Shown here one piece after another: positions 1-9,874 of a stretch of DNA of 11,849 bases (position 1 is its first letter; every line of letters starts with the position of its first letter). The position numbers and the translations under genes were made by a program. Source of the stretch: an uncultured delta proteobacterium (GTDB taxonomy: Bacteria; Desulfobacterota; RBG-13-43-22); assembly GCA_963802945.1 (NCBI GenBank), contig CAWDKY010000056.1, positions 1 through 11,849 of the forward strand. Reading direction: 5' to 3'. Below the pieces are notes generated by a model. The model searched no databases. It was not told the origin of the DNA and saw only the letters and a program-made list of their open reading frames with translations.

Positions 1-684
1 CCATATCGGTAGGTACCGATTTCGAAACCAGGATAGGAATATTCCGCTTGGCCACCTTAAATAGTATTTCTGAAGATATTCGCCCACTGATGATCATCAT
101 CTTATCGTCTGACGGAACGGCCTCTTGCAGGCAGCGGCCGAACACCTTATCAACGGCATTATGCCGGCCGATATCTTCGGCAAAGATGAAAATACGTTTC
201 CGGTCACAGAGCGCGGCACTGTGGACACCGTGCGTTTCCCTATAGACCTCTGAATCACCCTGGAATTCCAGGTTCAATCTCATAATCTCCGCCGCCGATA
301 TCGTCAGTCCCGATGGGAGGCGATGTTTTTTGAGATCGGTATCGGCAAAACTGTAAAAGGCTAACCCGCTCCCACACCCTGTGGTCAGCACTCTTTTCAT
401 GAAGAGTTTATGGGCCGGATCGAGGCCGTCTTTGGTTTCGGATACGAATGATCCCTCTGGTCTCATCGAGGTGCAACCTTTTCACATCTTCTTTCTGTTT
501 GATAAAACCTTCGGAACTGAGAAAGCCTAAAGCCAGAGAATCCAGGTCGGTTGGTGAGCATAAACATGTCTACCAATTGTTCGTCGTTCAGGATGATGGT
601 TAAGGGGAACTCGATGACAATACGATCTCGAAATGTCGACCGGTCCCCGTCTTGTATCCGCAAAATGTCGATCTCTTTCTTCAT
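1..684 (-). CDS. fdhD: Formate dehydrogenase accessory sulfurtransferase FdhD (frameshifted; 3' end beyond window)
   Basis: ORF 463..684 begins MKKEIDILRI...IVIEFPLTIILND. Manual translation of other minus frames continues with LCSPTDLDSLALGFLSSEG, RVLTTGCGSG, THGVHSAAL, EDIGRHNAVDKVFG, SGRISSEILLKVAKRNIPILVSKSVPT, all typical FdhD motifs. Confidence 0.93.
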
Positions 685-746
685 AATAATGGCAGTCCCG
701 AAGGGTTGAACGGATTCCTCCTCTTCTTGTTGGCTGGACTCCTTCC

Positions 747-1910
747 CTAAACCTTTTTATATAGGGGCGACATGGCTCTCAAACGGCTGACGACCTCGGG
801 AAGGATCTCCATGGAGGTCTGTCAATATCCCTCTCGGTATTGTATTTACCCAAGCTGAACCGCAGGGTTCCCTGAGCCTGCTCGCGATCCAAGCCGATAG
901 CGGTCAGGACATGGGAAGGCCCCTCACTGGATGAAGAACAGGCAGAACCCGTAGAACAGGCGATGCCCATCATGTCCAGACTCAGCAGCATCCCTTCCCC
1001 TTCGACAAAGGCTATGGATACATTGACATTGTTCGGAAGCCTCTTGCTGGGATGTCCATTCAATACCGTTTGGTCAATACTGCCGAGAATCTCTGAAATG
1101 AGCTTATCCCTTAACCCTGCAGTTTCGAGCATCTCCTTGTTCAAATTTTTCTGTGCCAGTTCGACGGCCTTGCCAAAACCGACAATGCCCGGAACGTTAT
1201 GGGTGGAAGCCCTGCGATTGTCCTCCTGCTCTCCGCCGTGCATGAACGGCATAATCTTGGTACCCTGCCGGATATACAGCAGCCCTACCCCTTTCGGGCC
1301 GTAAAGCTTATGAGCCGAAGCGGAGAGTAAATCGACATTTAATTCGTTCACACTTAAAGGCAAATGCCCAAAGGTCTGAACAGCGTCGGTATGAAAACAG
1401 ACCCCCATTTCCTTGGCGATCCTCCCGATCTCCTTAATTGGCTGGATCGTGCCGATTTCATTGTTGGCCTGCATGATGGAAATCAGGATGGTTTTATCGG
1501 TAATCGCCTTGCGGATGTCGTCAGGGTCCACCAGGCCATAGGGATCAACCGGCAGATAAGTAATGCTGAATCCCTCTTCTTTAAAAAATCGCAGGGCTGA
1601 TGATAGCGTGATGCTCTATGACCAAAGTGATAATGTGATTACCCTTTTTTTTGTTGGCATAAGCCACACCCTTTAAGGCGAAATTATTACTTTCTGTGCC
1701 GCCGCTGGTAAAAACGATCTCCGAGGCCTTTGCGCCAAAGAAAGAGGCGATGTTTTCCCTGGCCTCTTCAGTGGCTTCGCTGGCTTGCTGACCGAAGGCG
1801 TGCAGACTGGAGGGGTTCCCGAATTGCTCGTTCATATACGGCAGAATGGCCTGGACCACTTCCGGATCAACCGGTGTCGTCGCTGCATAGTCCATATATA
1901 TCTTTTTCAT
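747..1910 (-). CDS. iscS: Cysteine desulfurase, IscS/NifS type I (split by frameshifts)
   Basis: ORFs 1581..1910 ([27 protein letters not shown]) and 779..1531 (HTDAVQ, PLP motif [10 protein letters not shown], catalytic loop STGSACSS). The C-terminus [20 protein letters not shown] is in another frame and stops at 747-749. Confidence 0.95.
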
Positions 1911-1955
1911 GACAGATCTCTTTTTTATCTTCCTGACGATCTTAACCTGCCCCTT

Positions 1956-2564
1956 TTAATATCCGTTGCCGGGTTGCAATATAAAAATAGCTTCGGAGGC
2001 AAACCAATTGGGCCGGAAGTGCACGACGGTTTTTTCTCTCAGGTAGATGGCCTTTAGGACCTTTAGATTACGCTGCCGGCAGAAGTCCTGAAAATCCTTG
2101 ATACTTAAAAATCGCACGTTGGGCGTATTGAACCAGGCATAAGGCAGCGACCGGGTAATCGGGGCCTTTCCTCTCACAAAAAGCATATATCGTGCTTTCC
2201 AGTAGGCGAAATTCGGAAAGCCGACGATTAATATACGTCCCACACGCAAAGCTTCATTAATCAAAAAATCTACCTGTTTGACCTCCTGCATACTTTGATT
2301 CAGGATCACATAATCAAAGACCCCATCGGGATATTCCTTAAGACCGCTCTCGATATCGCTTTGAAAGGCATTGATTCCTTTTTTTACACAGGCGTGAATG
2401 GCCTGATCGTCCAGCTCAATGCCCTGAACCTTGGCCTGCTTTCCTTCAGCCAGAAGGGCCAAGAGATCGCCCTGGCCGCAGCCCAAATCGAGGACACGGG
2501 CCCCCGGGTCGATCGCTTCATAAATGATCTGGTGATCCAAGCGAATTACTGAAGATGGATTCAT
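1956..2564 (-). CDS. metW: Methionine biosynthesis protein MetW (SAM-dependent methyltransferase fold)
   Basis: Intact ORF with RLDHQII, VLDLGCGQG, FDYVILNQ, IVGFPNF, LPYAWFNTPNV; located downstream of metX. ATG at 2564 preferred because AGGTG lies 6 nt upstream (the ORF track starts at GTG 2573). Confidence 0.93.
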   Translation of the reverse strand: MNPSSVIRLDHQIIYEAIDPGARVLDLGCGQGDLLALLAEGKQAKVQGIELDDQAIHACVKKGINAFQSDIESGLKEYPDGVFDYVILNQSMQEVKQVDFLINEALRVGRILIVGFPNFAYWKARYMLFVRGKAPITRSLPYAWFNTPNVRFLSIKDFQDFCRQRNLKVLKAIYLREKTVVHFRPNWFASEAIFILQPGNGY

Positions 2565-2603
2565 GTTACGCACCTGCTATTATTGATGAAACCGTAAAGA
2601 GGC

Positions 2604-2657
2604 GTCACCACGCCTGCCCCGGAATATTTCAATCCGGGGGCGAAGGCCGGGGTCCAG
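2604..2657 (+). repeat. REP-like palindrome (CGTC-tagged type), left copy, with a 27-nt internal insertion
   Basis: GTCACCACG[2613-2639]GCGAAGGCCGGGGTCCAG. Removing the insert gives a 27-mer that aligns with the inverted copy at 3239-3265. Confidence 0.65.
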
Positions 2658-2702
2658 GAAAATAATAGTCATAACCACCGGCAGAGCCGGTGGCCTGTTG
2701 AG

Positions 2703-2719
2703 GGCCCCTCGAAGGGGCC
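2703..2719 (-). other. GC-rich hairpin just after the tnpA stop codon
   Basis: GGCCCCT-CGA-AGGGGCC, a perfect 7-bp stem. There is no U-tract, so a terminator role is uncertain. Confidence 0.55.
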
Positions 2720-2724
2720 TCGGT

Positions 2725-3147
2725 CTACTCTAATTCTAACTCCATCTGCTCTTTATCAAGTTTTTCCTGATTGCGAATATACTCTCGTACTTCCTTCTCA
2801 TTATAGCCAACAGTACTCACATAATACCCACGTACCCAAAAATGTTTTCCTGTCGTCCCCCTTCCTACAAACTCCCGATGCAACCGAATAGCACTTTTCC
2901 CTTTCAAAAATCCTGCCACATCGGAAATACTGTATTTGGGCGGAAAGCTTAAACATACATGGAGATGATCGATCAAAGCATGTCCTTCGATCACCTCAAT
3001 CCCTTTCTGTCGACATAATTCCTGAACAATCTCTCCCAATCGTTTCCTGATTTTCCCATATAATATCTTCCGGCGATATTTGGGAACCCAGACAATATGA
3101 TATTTGCACTCCCATTTTACATGTGCTAAACTTTGTAGGTCTTTCAC
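2725..3147 (-). CDS. tnpA: IS200/IS605 Y1 (HUH) transposase TnpA
   Basis: 140 aa with CKYHIVWVPKYRRK, HUH motif DHLHV, GFLKGKSA, FWVRGYYVSTVG and catalytic Tyr in EYIRNQE. GTG start with AAGGAG RBS. Confidence 0.97.
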   Translation of the reverse strand: MKDLQSLAHVKWECKYHIVWVPKYRRKILYGKIRKRLGEIVQELCRQKGIEVIEGHALIDHLHVCLSFPPKYSISDVAGFLKGKSAIRLHREFVGRGTTGKHFWVRGYYVSTVGYNEKEVREYIRNQEKLDKEQMELELE

Positions 3148-3150
3148 GTT

Positions 3151-3199
3151 AATCTCCTTCCCGACCTACCCCTCCTCCGGGGCCCTCGGGAAGGAGATT
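3151..3199 (-). promoter_or_regulatory. Stem-loop sequestering the tnpA ribosome-binding site
   Basis: Perfect 14-bp inverted repeat AATCTCCTTCCCGA (3151-3164) / TCGGGAAGGAGATT (3186-3199). One arm contains the AAGGAG SD of tnpA, as known for IS200. Confidence 0.8.
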
Positions 3200-3238
3200 T
3201 TATCACCCTTGACCGGCAGAGCCTATTAATTGATAATT

Positions 3239-3265
3239 CTGGATTCCGGTTTTCGCCGGAATGAC
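3239..3265 (-). repeat. REP-like palindrome, right copy (inverted relative to the left copy)
   Basis: Minus strand GTCATTCCGGCGAAAACCGGAATCCAG, with an ATTCCGG/CCGGAAT stem. Confidence 0.7.
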
Positions 3266-3309
3266 TCGAAGGAGTATATCACAACTTTTTACGAATCCAT
3301 CATTATCGA

Positions 3310-4455
3310 TCATAAAATTTTTTCCAAAAAGTGCTGGATTAAATAGGTTTGTTCCTCAACGTCAACCAAAAAGGCATCATGTCCATAGGTCGAACGCAGC
3401 TCGCAGTAAGTGGCATCCACAAAATTCGTCTTTAACTGCCGGACGATCTCCTGGGATTGATAGGAGGGATAAAGCCAATCCGAACTAAAGGAAATGATCA
3501 GAAATCGGGTGTCCATCGTATCCCGATTCGGGATCAGTTTTCCTCCGGACAGATCAAAATAGTCCAGGGCCTTGGTGATATAGAGATAGGAATTGGCATC
3601 AAAACGCTTGACAAAATTATCCCCCCGGTAGCGCAGGTATCCCTCGACCTCAAAATCGGCAGCGAAATTAAAACTCAAGTTGCCGTTCTTGAGCTTCCGG
3701 GAGAATTTTTCCTCCATGGACTGATCACTCATGAAGGTGATGTGCCCGATCATACGGGCCACAGCCAGCCCTTTCCTGGGCTGGCCGTGTTCGTAGTAAT
3801 TCCCGTGCCGCCAGGCCGGATCGGCCATGATCGATTGCCTGATCACCTCATTGAAGGCGATCTGCTGAGGGGAATGTTTCAGGGCCGTGGCAATAGGAAT
3901 GGCCGACCGAACACGTTCCGGATAGGAAGCCACCCACTGGAGGGCCTGCATGCCTCCCATCGAACCGCCGGCCACGCAAAGGAGTTTCTCGATACCCAGA
4001 TAATCGATCAGCCAGCTCTGGGCCTTAACCATATCGGCAATGGTAATAAAAGGGAAATCCAGGGCAAAAGGCTTATTGGTTTTCGGGTTGATCGAGGAAG
4101 GCCCGGTACTGCCCTTGCATCCGCCGATCACATTGGAGCAGATAATAAAAAACCTGTCGGTATCAAAGGCCTTGCCCGGACCGATCATGATATCCCACCA
4201 TCCCGGGTCTTTTTCTCCCTTAGGAAGCCGGCGGCATGGGCATCGGCCGAAAGGGCATGGAGGATTAAAATGGCATTGGTCCTATCGCTGTTCAAACTCC
4301 CGTAAGTTTCATAGGCGAGGGTAATAGGACCCAAGGTCTGTCCGGATTCCAATTCTATCTCATGGGGGGGTTCGGCCAGACAACCTGTTTGGTTTACCAC
4401 ATAGCCCAGACTTTTTTTTCTTGTCCGTAACTGATTGGGTTATTTTCTGTTTCAT
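3310..4455 (-). CDS. metX: Homoserine O-acetyltransferase MetX (split by frameshifts)
   Basis: ORFs 4185..4400 ([26 protein letters not shown]) and 3310..4188 ([11 protein letters not shown], nucleophile GGSMGG, RFDANSY, GHDAFL). Probable ATG at 4455 is joined by a frameshift in the A-run near 4412-4420. Confidence 0.94.
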
Positions 4456-4497
4456 TTTTTCAATTACCGATTTTATTCTTTCCTATGACCCTTCATC

Positions 4498-5783
<1,286 letters not shown>

Positions 5784-5883
5784 TGTTTTCTCCCATGAAA
5801 TAATAATCGGGGATAACTGCTGTTATGACTTACGAGTTGCGGGTTCAAGGCTGGAAGGGTCTTTTAATAACCCGTAACCTGCA

Positions 5884-6300
5884 TCAGGATCTTCCCGCCT
5901 TGGCCTTGCTCATTCCGGCCAACTTTTTTAGGTTATGGAATTAAGGGTCTCGAATATTTTCCCGCCAAATAAAATCCAGATGTCCCGTGTGGCGCAGGTA
6001 GAAATCCTAGTGCAGGCTTTAGAATCTTTTATACAGTTCACCAAACAGTCCCCTTCCAGGACGTCCACGATTTCCTTGACGGTAATTTTTGAAGGTTCTC
6101 TGGCGAGGCTATATCCTCCAGGGCCCGACGAATGGAGTTCACCAGACCTACCCCTCTGAGGGGTATGATGATCAGGCTGTAGAGATCTTCGGAACACCCC
6201 CTCTTGGGATATCTTTCAAAAAAACAGGCCCTTTACCGTAATTAAGGGCCAAGGAGAGCATCAGTCTTACCCCTTACCCGGCCCTAGTGGAAAGTTTCAT
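5884..6300 (-). pseudogene. Rrf2-family (IscR/CymR-like) transcriptional regulator, disrupted
   Basis: MKLSTRAG*GVRLMLSLALNYGKGPVFLKDI from 6300 with an in-frame TAA at codon 9. The HTH region is scrambled, then GGYSLAREPSKITVKEIVDVLEG...CIKDSKACTRISTCATRDIW with three Cys at IscR-like spacing. Confidence 0.85.
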
Positions 6301-6443
6301 AACACCGCCCCTTTGTAAATACTACGAGTTCTAAGAATTCCTTTAACTTAAAAGGAGAAATGATCTTCGGAAGCTCTGAAGATAGATAACGACATCCTCC
6401 TCTTCAGTCCAACTGTGTGACGGAGTGGGCTAGCAAGGGGACT

Positions 6444-6554
6444 TCAAATAATAGGCAGATTCTTTGAATAAACCTTTTCAGAAAAACCGCCATCCGTAAC
6501 CAAGACATAGCCTTGGGGAATAAATCCTAAAAAATCTTCAAAGGCTCGTATGGT
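6444..6554 (-). pseudogene. Probable relic of an IS91-family (Y2 rolling-circle) transposase
   Basis: Translates TIRAFEDFLGFIPQGYVLVTDGGFSEK, resembling the IS91-type motif as I recall it (IQTFGDxLxFNPHxHxLVTDGxF). The HUH positions read Q-G-Y (CAA GGC TAT). Confidence 0.55.
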
Positions 6555-6574
6555 TTTGGAATCATTAGTAATCT

Positions 6575-7278
6575 TTATTCACCACGATACAAGTAATCCG
6601 CCCCTTCGAGCTTGCGTATTACCCCGAAATGATTATCCCATCCGATGTCTTTTTTACCGATACAAATAGTACAAACACCCAAGGGAGGGACGCCCTTCAA
6701 CCGCAGGCCTTTTACGTCGATATCTTTCATTCCTTTCAGTTCAAACAAAATCTTCCCGTTCCTGTGCCATGGAGCGCATTCATTTCGTATATCGTGATTG
6801 ATTTGCTTACTTCACGTATCTTTTCGCGAAAGACCTCTCTCTCAGCCTGGCTTATCATATCAATTTTTGTTACAACGGCAATGTCCGCCAGACTCACCAT
6901 AGGGCCCATCTTTAAAGGAGAGTTCATGCCACCCAGCATGCTGATGCAATAACTCCAAGGCCCTGGTTCAAATAACAGTGAACGGAGACATAATCCGGCA
7001 CTTTCTACAATAAGCATCTCACTTCCGTTGTCCTCGGCCCATTCAATGGTGTCTTTCATAATCATAACACTCGCATGGTCCGGACACATGTCCCCGGCAT
7101 AGACAACTTTTATAGGTAAATCAAAGAATTCCTTTTCTAATTCTTCTTTCTCGAAGGCGACCACGACATCAATTTTCAGATAAGATATTTTGACCTTAGG
7201 GTATAATTCTCGTATTATATTCTTGATGACAGCCGTCTTTCCTGCCCATGACGTTCCTGCAAAGTTTATTAGTTTCAT
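6575..7278 (-). CDS. G3E-family (HypB/UreG/CobW-like) P-loop GTPase (frameshifted)
   Basis: Walker A GTSWAGKT, YLKIDV, GDMCPDH, IVESAGLCLR, TKID (G4), SQAEREVF. The C-terminus LRLKGVPPLGVCTICIGKKDIGWDNHFGVIRKLEGADYLYRGE* is in a shifted frame and stops at 6575-6577. Confidence 0.88.
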
Positions 7279-7302
7279 AGATCATTCCTTTTTAACTGAT
7301 AT

Positions 7303-8058
7303 TCATAACGAGATTACCTCTCCTCTTCTGACTCTCTCTCGGACAACATTAAGCATAATATCTTGTTCAATAATCTTTTTCCGTGCTTTTTTCTCCGTCT
7401 CGTTGGTCTTATGGACTTTTATGATCCCTCCGTTTTTCATGACCAGACGGATATCGCACAGGAGAGCTACAACGGGTCATGGGTGACAAAAACGATTATT
7501 TTCCCTTCTGACTTCACCATCTCCATTGCTTCTTTTTTGAAGATGCCTGCATTCTCAATTTCGATCGAGCAGAACAACCGGAGATTGACCGATAACAACA
7601 GCCTCTGCTATCATCAATGCTCTTGACTGTCCCCCGGATAAAGTAGTCATTCTCATCTCTTCGCCAATTTTTTCTCCGGTCAGCCTGTTGGTCAGAATAA
7701 GGGTCTTTTTCACTGGTTCGCCTGATTTGATCTTCCTGGCCTTAGCATGAATAGCGAAATTCGCTGATCGTCAGATCAGCGAGAAAATTGGTATGTTGCG
7801 TAATCAGTACGATAGGGTTTAAAGATGCGTCCTGGCGAAAAGATAGTGAGGGGACTTTCCCGTCATCGTTATTCTCCTTCCTGTAATCGTATCGCCCTGA
7901 GTCAGCATTTCGATATCGTTTACGAATGAAGTCTTGCCGCTTCCTGTAGGCCCCACTATCGAAATCGTATCACCTGAAACAATGGTCAGCGTTGTAAACC
8001 TCTCCTCTTCCCCATCTTTGTTGTGCCCAGGGTAGATTGTTATCTTGTCTACTTTCAT
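7303..8058 (-). CDS. Stand-alone ABC-type ATPase (frameshifted)
   Basis: Walker A GPTGSGKT in ORF 7819..8058. Other frames give LITQHTNF, signature LSGGQSRALMIA, Walker B VVLLD/EIENAGI, H-loop FVTHDP, and end RVRRGEVISL* at 7303-7305. Confidence 0.88.
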
Positions 8059-8085
8059 AGCATGTCCTTTCTCGTTCTTGCCGTC

Positions 8086-9049
8086 TCAATCATATTCCTG
8101 TAGTTTCTTATGGATATCACTCGTCGGACAAAAGCCGAGGGTTTTCCTCGCCCGCACGTTTGATATAGGATGCTGAATAATATTCTTCTGCCATTTCATA
8201 TCTTTGTGCTGAATCTGGGCATCGCACATACGGGCTATCCAATGTGCAATATCAATGATCCTGGTATCTTGATCAGAACAAATATTGAACGTATTCCCTG
8301 CAAACTTATTTTTATAATAAATTGATTTCATGAGCGCTTCCACAACATCCCCAACAAAAATAAAATTCCTCTTCTGCTCCCCTTTGTTATGGACTTCTAT
8401 CATTTTTTTCCTCAGTGCGTCTCCCACCATAACAGATATTACACCAGGTTCGTTGTCAACATACCATCGGTGAGTAGCATGGCCAACCCCATACACGTTT
8501 GACATCCTCAGGGTCACCGTATCAAGCATGAATTCATGAGCAAACATCTTATTGTAGTACTCCTGGGCTATCTTCTGCTGAAAGTATTGATTGATAGGAA
8601 CCATAGGCTCGTTTTCTGATAGTTTAGTATTCTGCAATTTCATAAACTCCAGACCAGGAGCCCAATATAATTCTCTTCACACCGCATATGATCGAGGCCT
8701 CCAGCAGCCGCCGATAACCTTCAACATTTTTTTTCCATCTCTCAACCTGTGATTGAGTGATCTCAGTCCTTTTGGGAAAGACTCTTTTGTCTTTTTCTTC
8801 GGCCAGATGAACTACTACATCAATCACCTCCAGTAAGGGTATCATCGTTTCCAGATCGTAAAAATCAATCTTAAAAAGCTCACACCTATTTTTTTTCTCA
8901 GGGAGGCAAAGCGTGTCATCAAAGTGCTGCCGCTTTGTAGAGAAGAAGTTATCAACTGCATATATATGTACTTTCTCCGCCGAATTGCTAAGAGAGGCGA
9001 CGAGGTTGCTCCCAATAAATCCGGCTGCACCAGTAATGAGTATGTTCAT
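8086..9049 (-). CDS. NAD-dependent epimerase/dehydratase (extended SDR), one frameshift near 8630-8645
   Basis: MNILITGAAGFIG (GxxGxxG), VDNF, DVVVHLA, YxxxK as PINQYFQQK, LRMSNVYG, GEQKRNFIFVGDVVEA, FNI. Overlapping ORFs 8624..9049 and 8086..8643 form one domain. Confidence 0.88.
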
Positions 9050-9059
9050 ATTATTATCC

Positions 9060-9709
9060 TTATAGAATTATTATGCCTTCAAGTCTTACGTGTAGTCCGT
9101 GTGATTTTTCAGGACCATATTGACGACTCCGGTATGAGTAGCATTCATCATACAAAAACCGGGCAAGAACCTCTGCGCCTGCCGAATTCCGGAGATCCCG
9201 ACCACTTTAGCGATCCCCTCAAAACCTAACATGACGTAGGCTTCAACATCATATATTTTTTTTCCCCTAGAAAACTGAGGCCCCACACACCACGTATCGA
9301 GAATACCGGTAATGGGATTCGCCTTTATCACCTGAAGAACATGCTGTACGGGGCATCCGGCGCTCATGGGGCGGCCAGTCACAATGTCCCCAGCCTTAAT
9401 CTTCCATTTTTCCACCAGGTTAGGTCTGCAGGGCATAACAATCTTTCTTGCAGAAACCTCTCCAGGAAGAGAATCCAATACAAAATGAAAAGTCTCCCCA
9501 AAAACATCGACTGACTGAATTTTAGTCTCCACTACGCTGTCTGTGACACCTCCACCTTCGGTTAGTTCAGGTTCAAAAAAGACGCACATCTGGATCTTCT
9601 TTTCCCCTCTCCGAACGAGATCAACAAATTTTATCGCAACGTTTCTCACCACAGAGGCCGCAATTCTTACCTGGTGGTTTCCATAATTGAGCTTTCTTCT
9701 TAGCACCAT
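9060..9709 (-). CDS. Predicted Fe-S cluster-binding protein (COG2000-like), frameshifted
   Basis: An alternative frame at the 5' end reads WKPPGKNCGLCGEKRCDK and joins FVDLVRRGEKKIQMCVFF at the homopolymer 9629-9632 (CxxCx4C...C). Core has GDIVTGRPMSAGCPVQH and FLPGFCMM; the shifted C-terminus HGLHVRLEGIIIL* stops at 9060-9062. SD-like GAGGGG precedes ATG 9709. Confidence 0.8.
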
Positions 9710-9841
9710 CTCTCCCCTCATTATGTATATCTGATTTTTATACAACAACGCCCGATGTTGAGAGGTCAGGTTTTGTATTACTGAAAATATTATTAAATTT
9801 TTCCCTGAGTATTATGACAACATCAAGACCAACGCATTAAA

Positions 9842-9874
9842 AATTACCTTACCTAAGGATAATTATTGTCGTCA
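9842..9874 (-). promoter_or_regulatory. Bacterial SECIS-like stem-loop
   Basis: UGA CGACAAU AAUUA-U-CCUU-AGGU-AAGG-UAAUU: 9-bp stem with a bulged U and an AGGU apical loop at +21..+24 counted from the U of UGA. Confidence 0.45.

Larger units (their letters stand above)
2668..3224 (-). mobile_element. IS200/IS605-family insertion sequence, tnpA only (ends approximate)
   Basis: tnpA is bracketed by the shared motif GGCTCTGCCGGT at both ends in the same orientation: a full hairpin CCACCGGC-AGA-GCCGGTGG at 2675-2693 and a partial copy at 3211-3224. No tnpB is present. Confidence 0.85.
2584..3302. mobile_element. MITE-like element with imperfect terminal inverted repeats, interrupted by an IS200/IS605 element
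   Basis: Left end TGATGAAACCGTAAAGAGG (2584-2602) versus reverse complement of right end TGATGGATTCGTAAAAAGT (3284-3302), 14/19 identical. TTAT flanks both sides directly (2580-2583 and 3303-3306). Confidence 0.7.

Noticed and set aside
2584-3302. CRISPR array or TnpB/omegaRNA system associated with the IS
   Set aside because: No regularly spaced direct repeats and no tnpB/iscB ORF; only about 55 nt separate the tnpA stop from the right end.
3457-4305. 282-aa plus-strand ORF, and other plus-strand ORFs such as 963..1304, 5045..5365, 6629..6952 and 8924..9229
   Set aside because: Antisense shadows of well-supported minus-strand genes, with no recognisable motifs.
5784-5883. Possible SAM riboswitch directly upstream of metY
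   Set aside because: No AUCxAGAG or GCAACC/GGUGC core is seen in this short intergenic region.
6376-6407. CTGAAGA...TCTTCAG inverted repeat as a terminator or ncRNA
   Set aside because: 7-bp stem with an 18-nt loop and no U-tract; it lies within the probable transposase relic.
9710-9748. ORF-track start of the Fe-S protein at 9748 and its N-terminal translation
   Set aside because: The Cys motif lies in another frame and the SD-like sequence points to a start near 9709; the track's N-terminus is a frameshift artefact.
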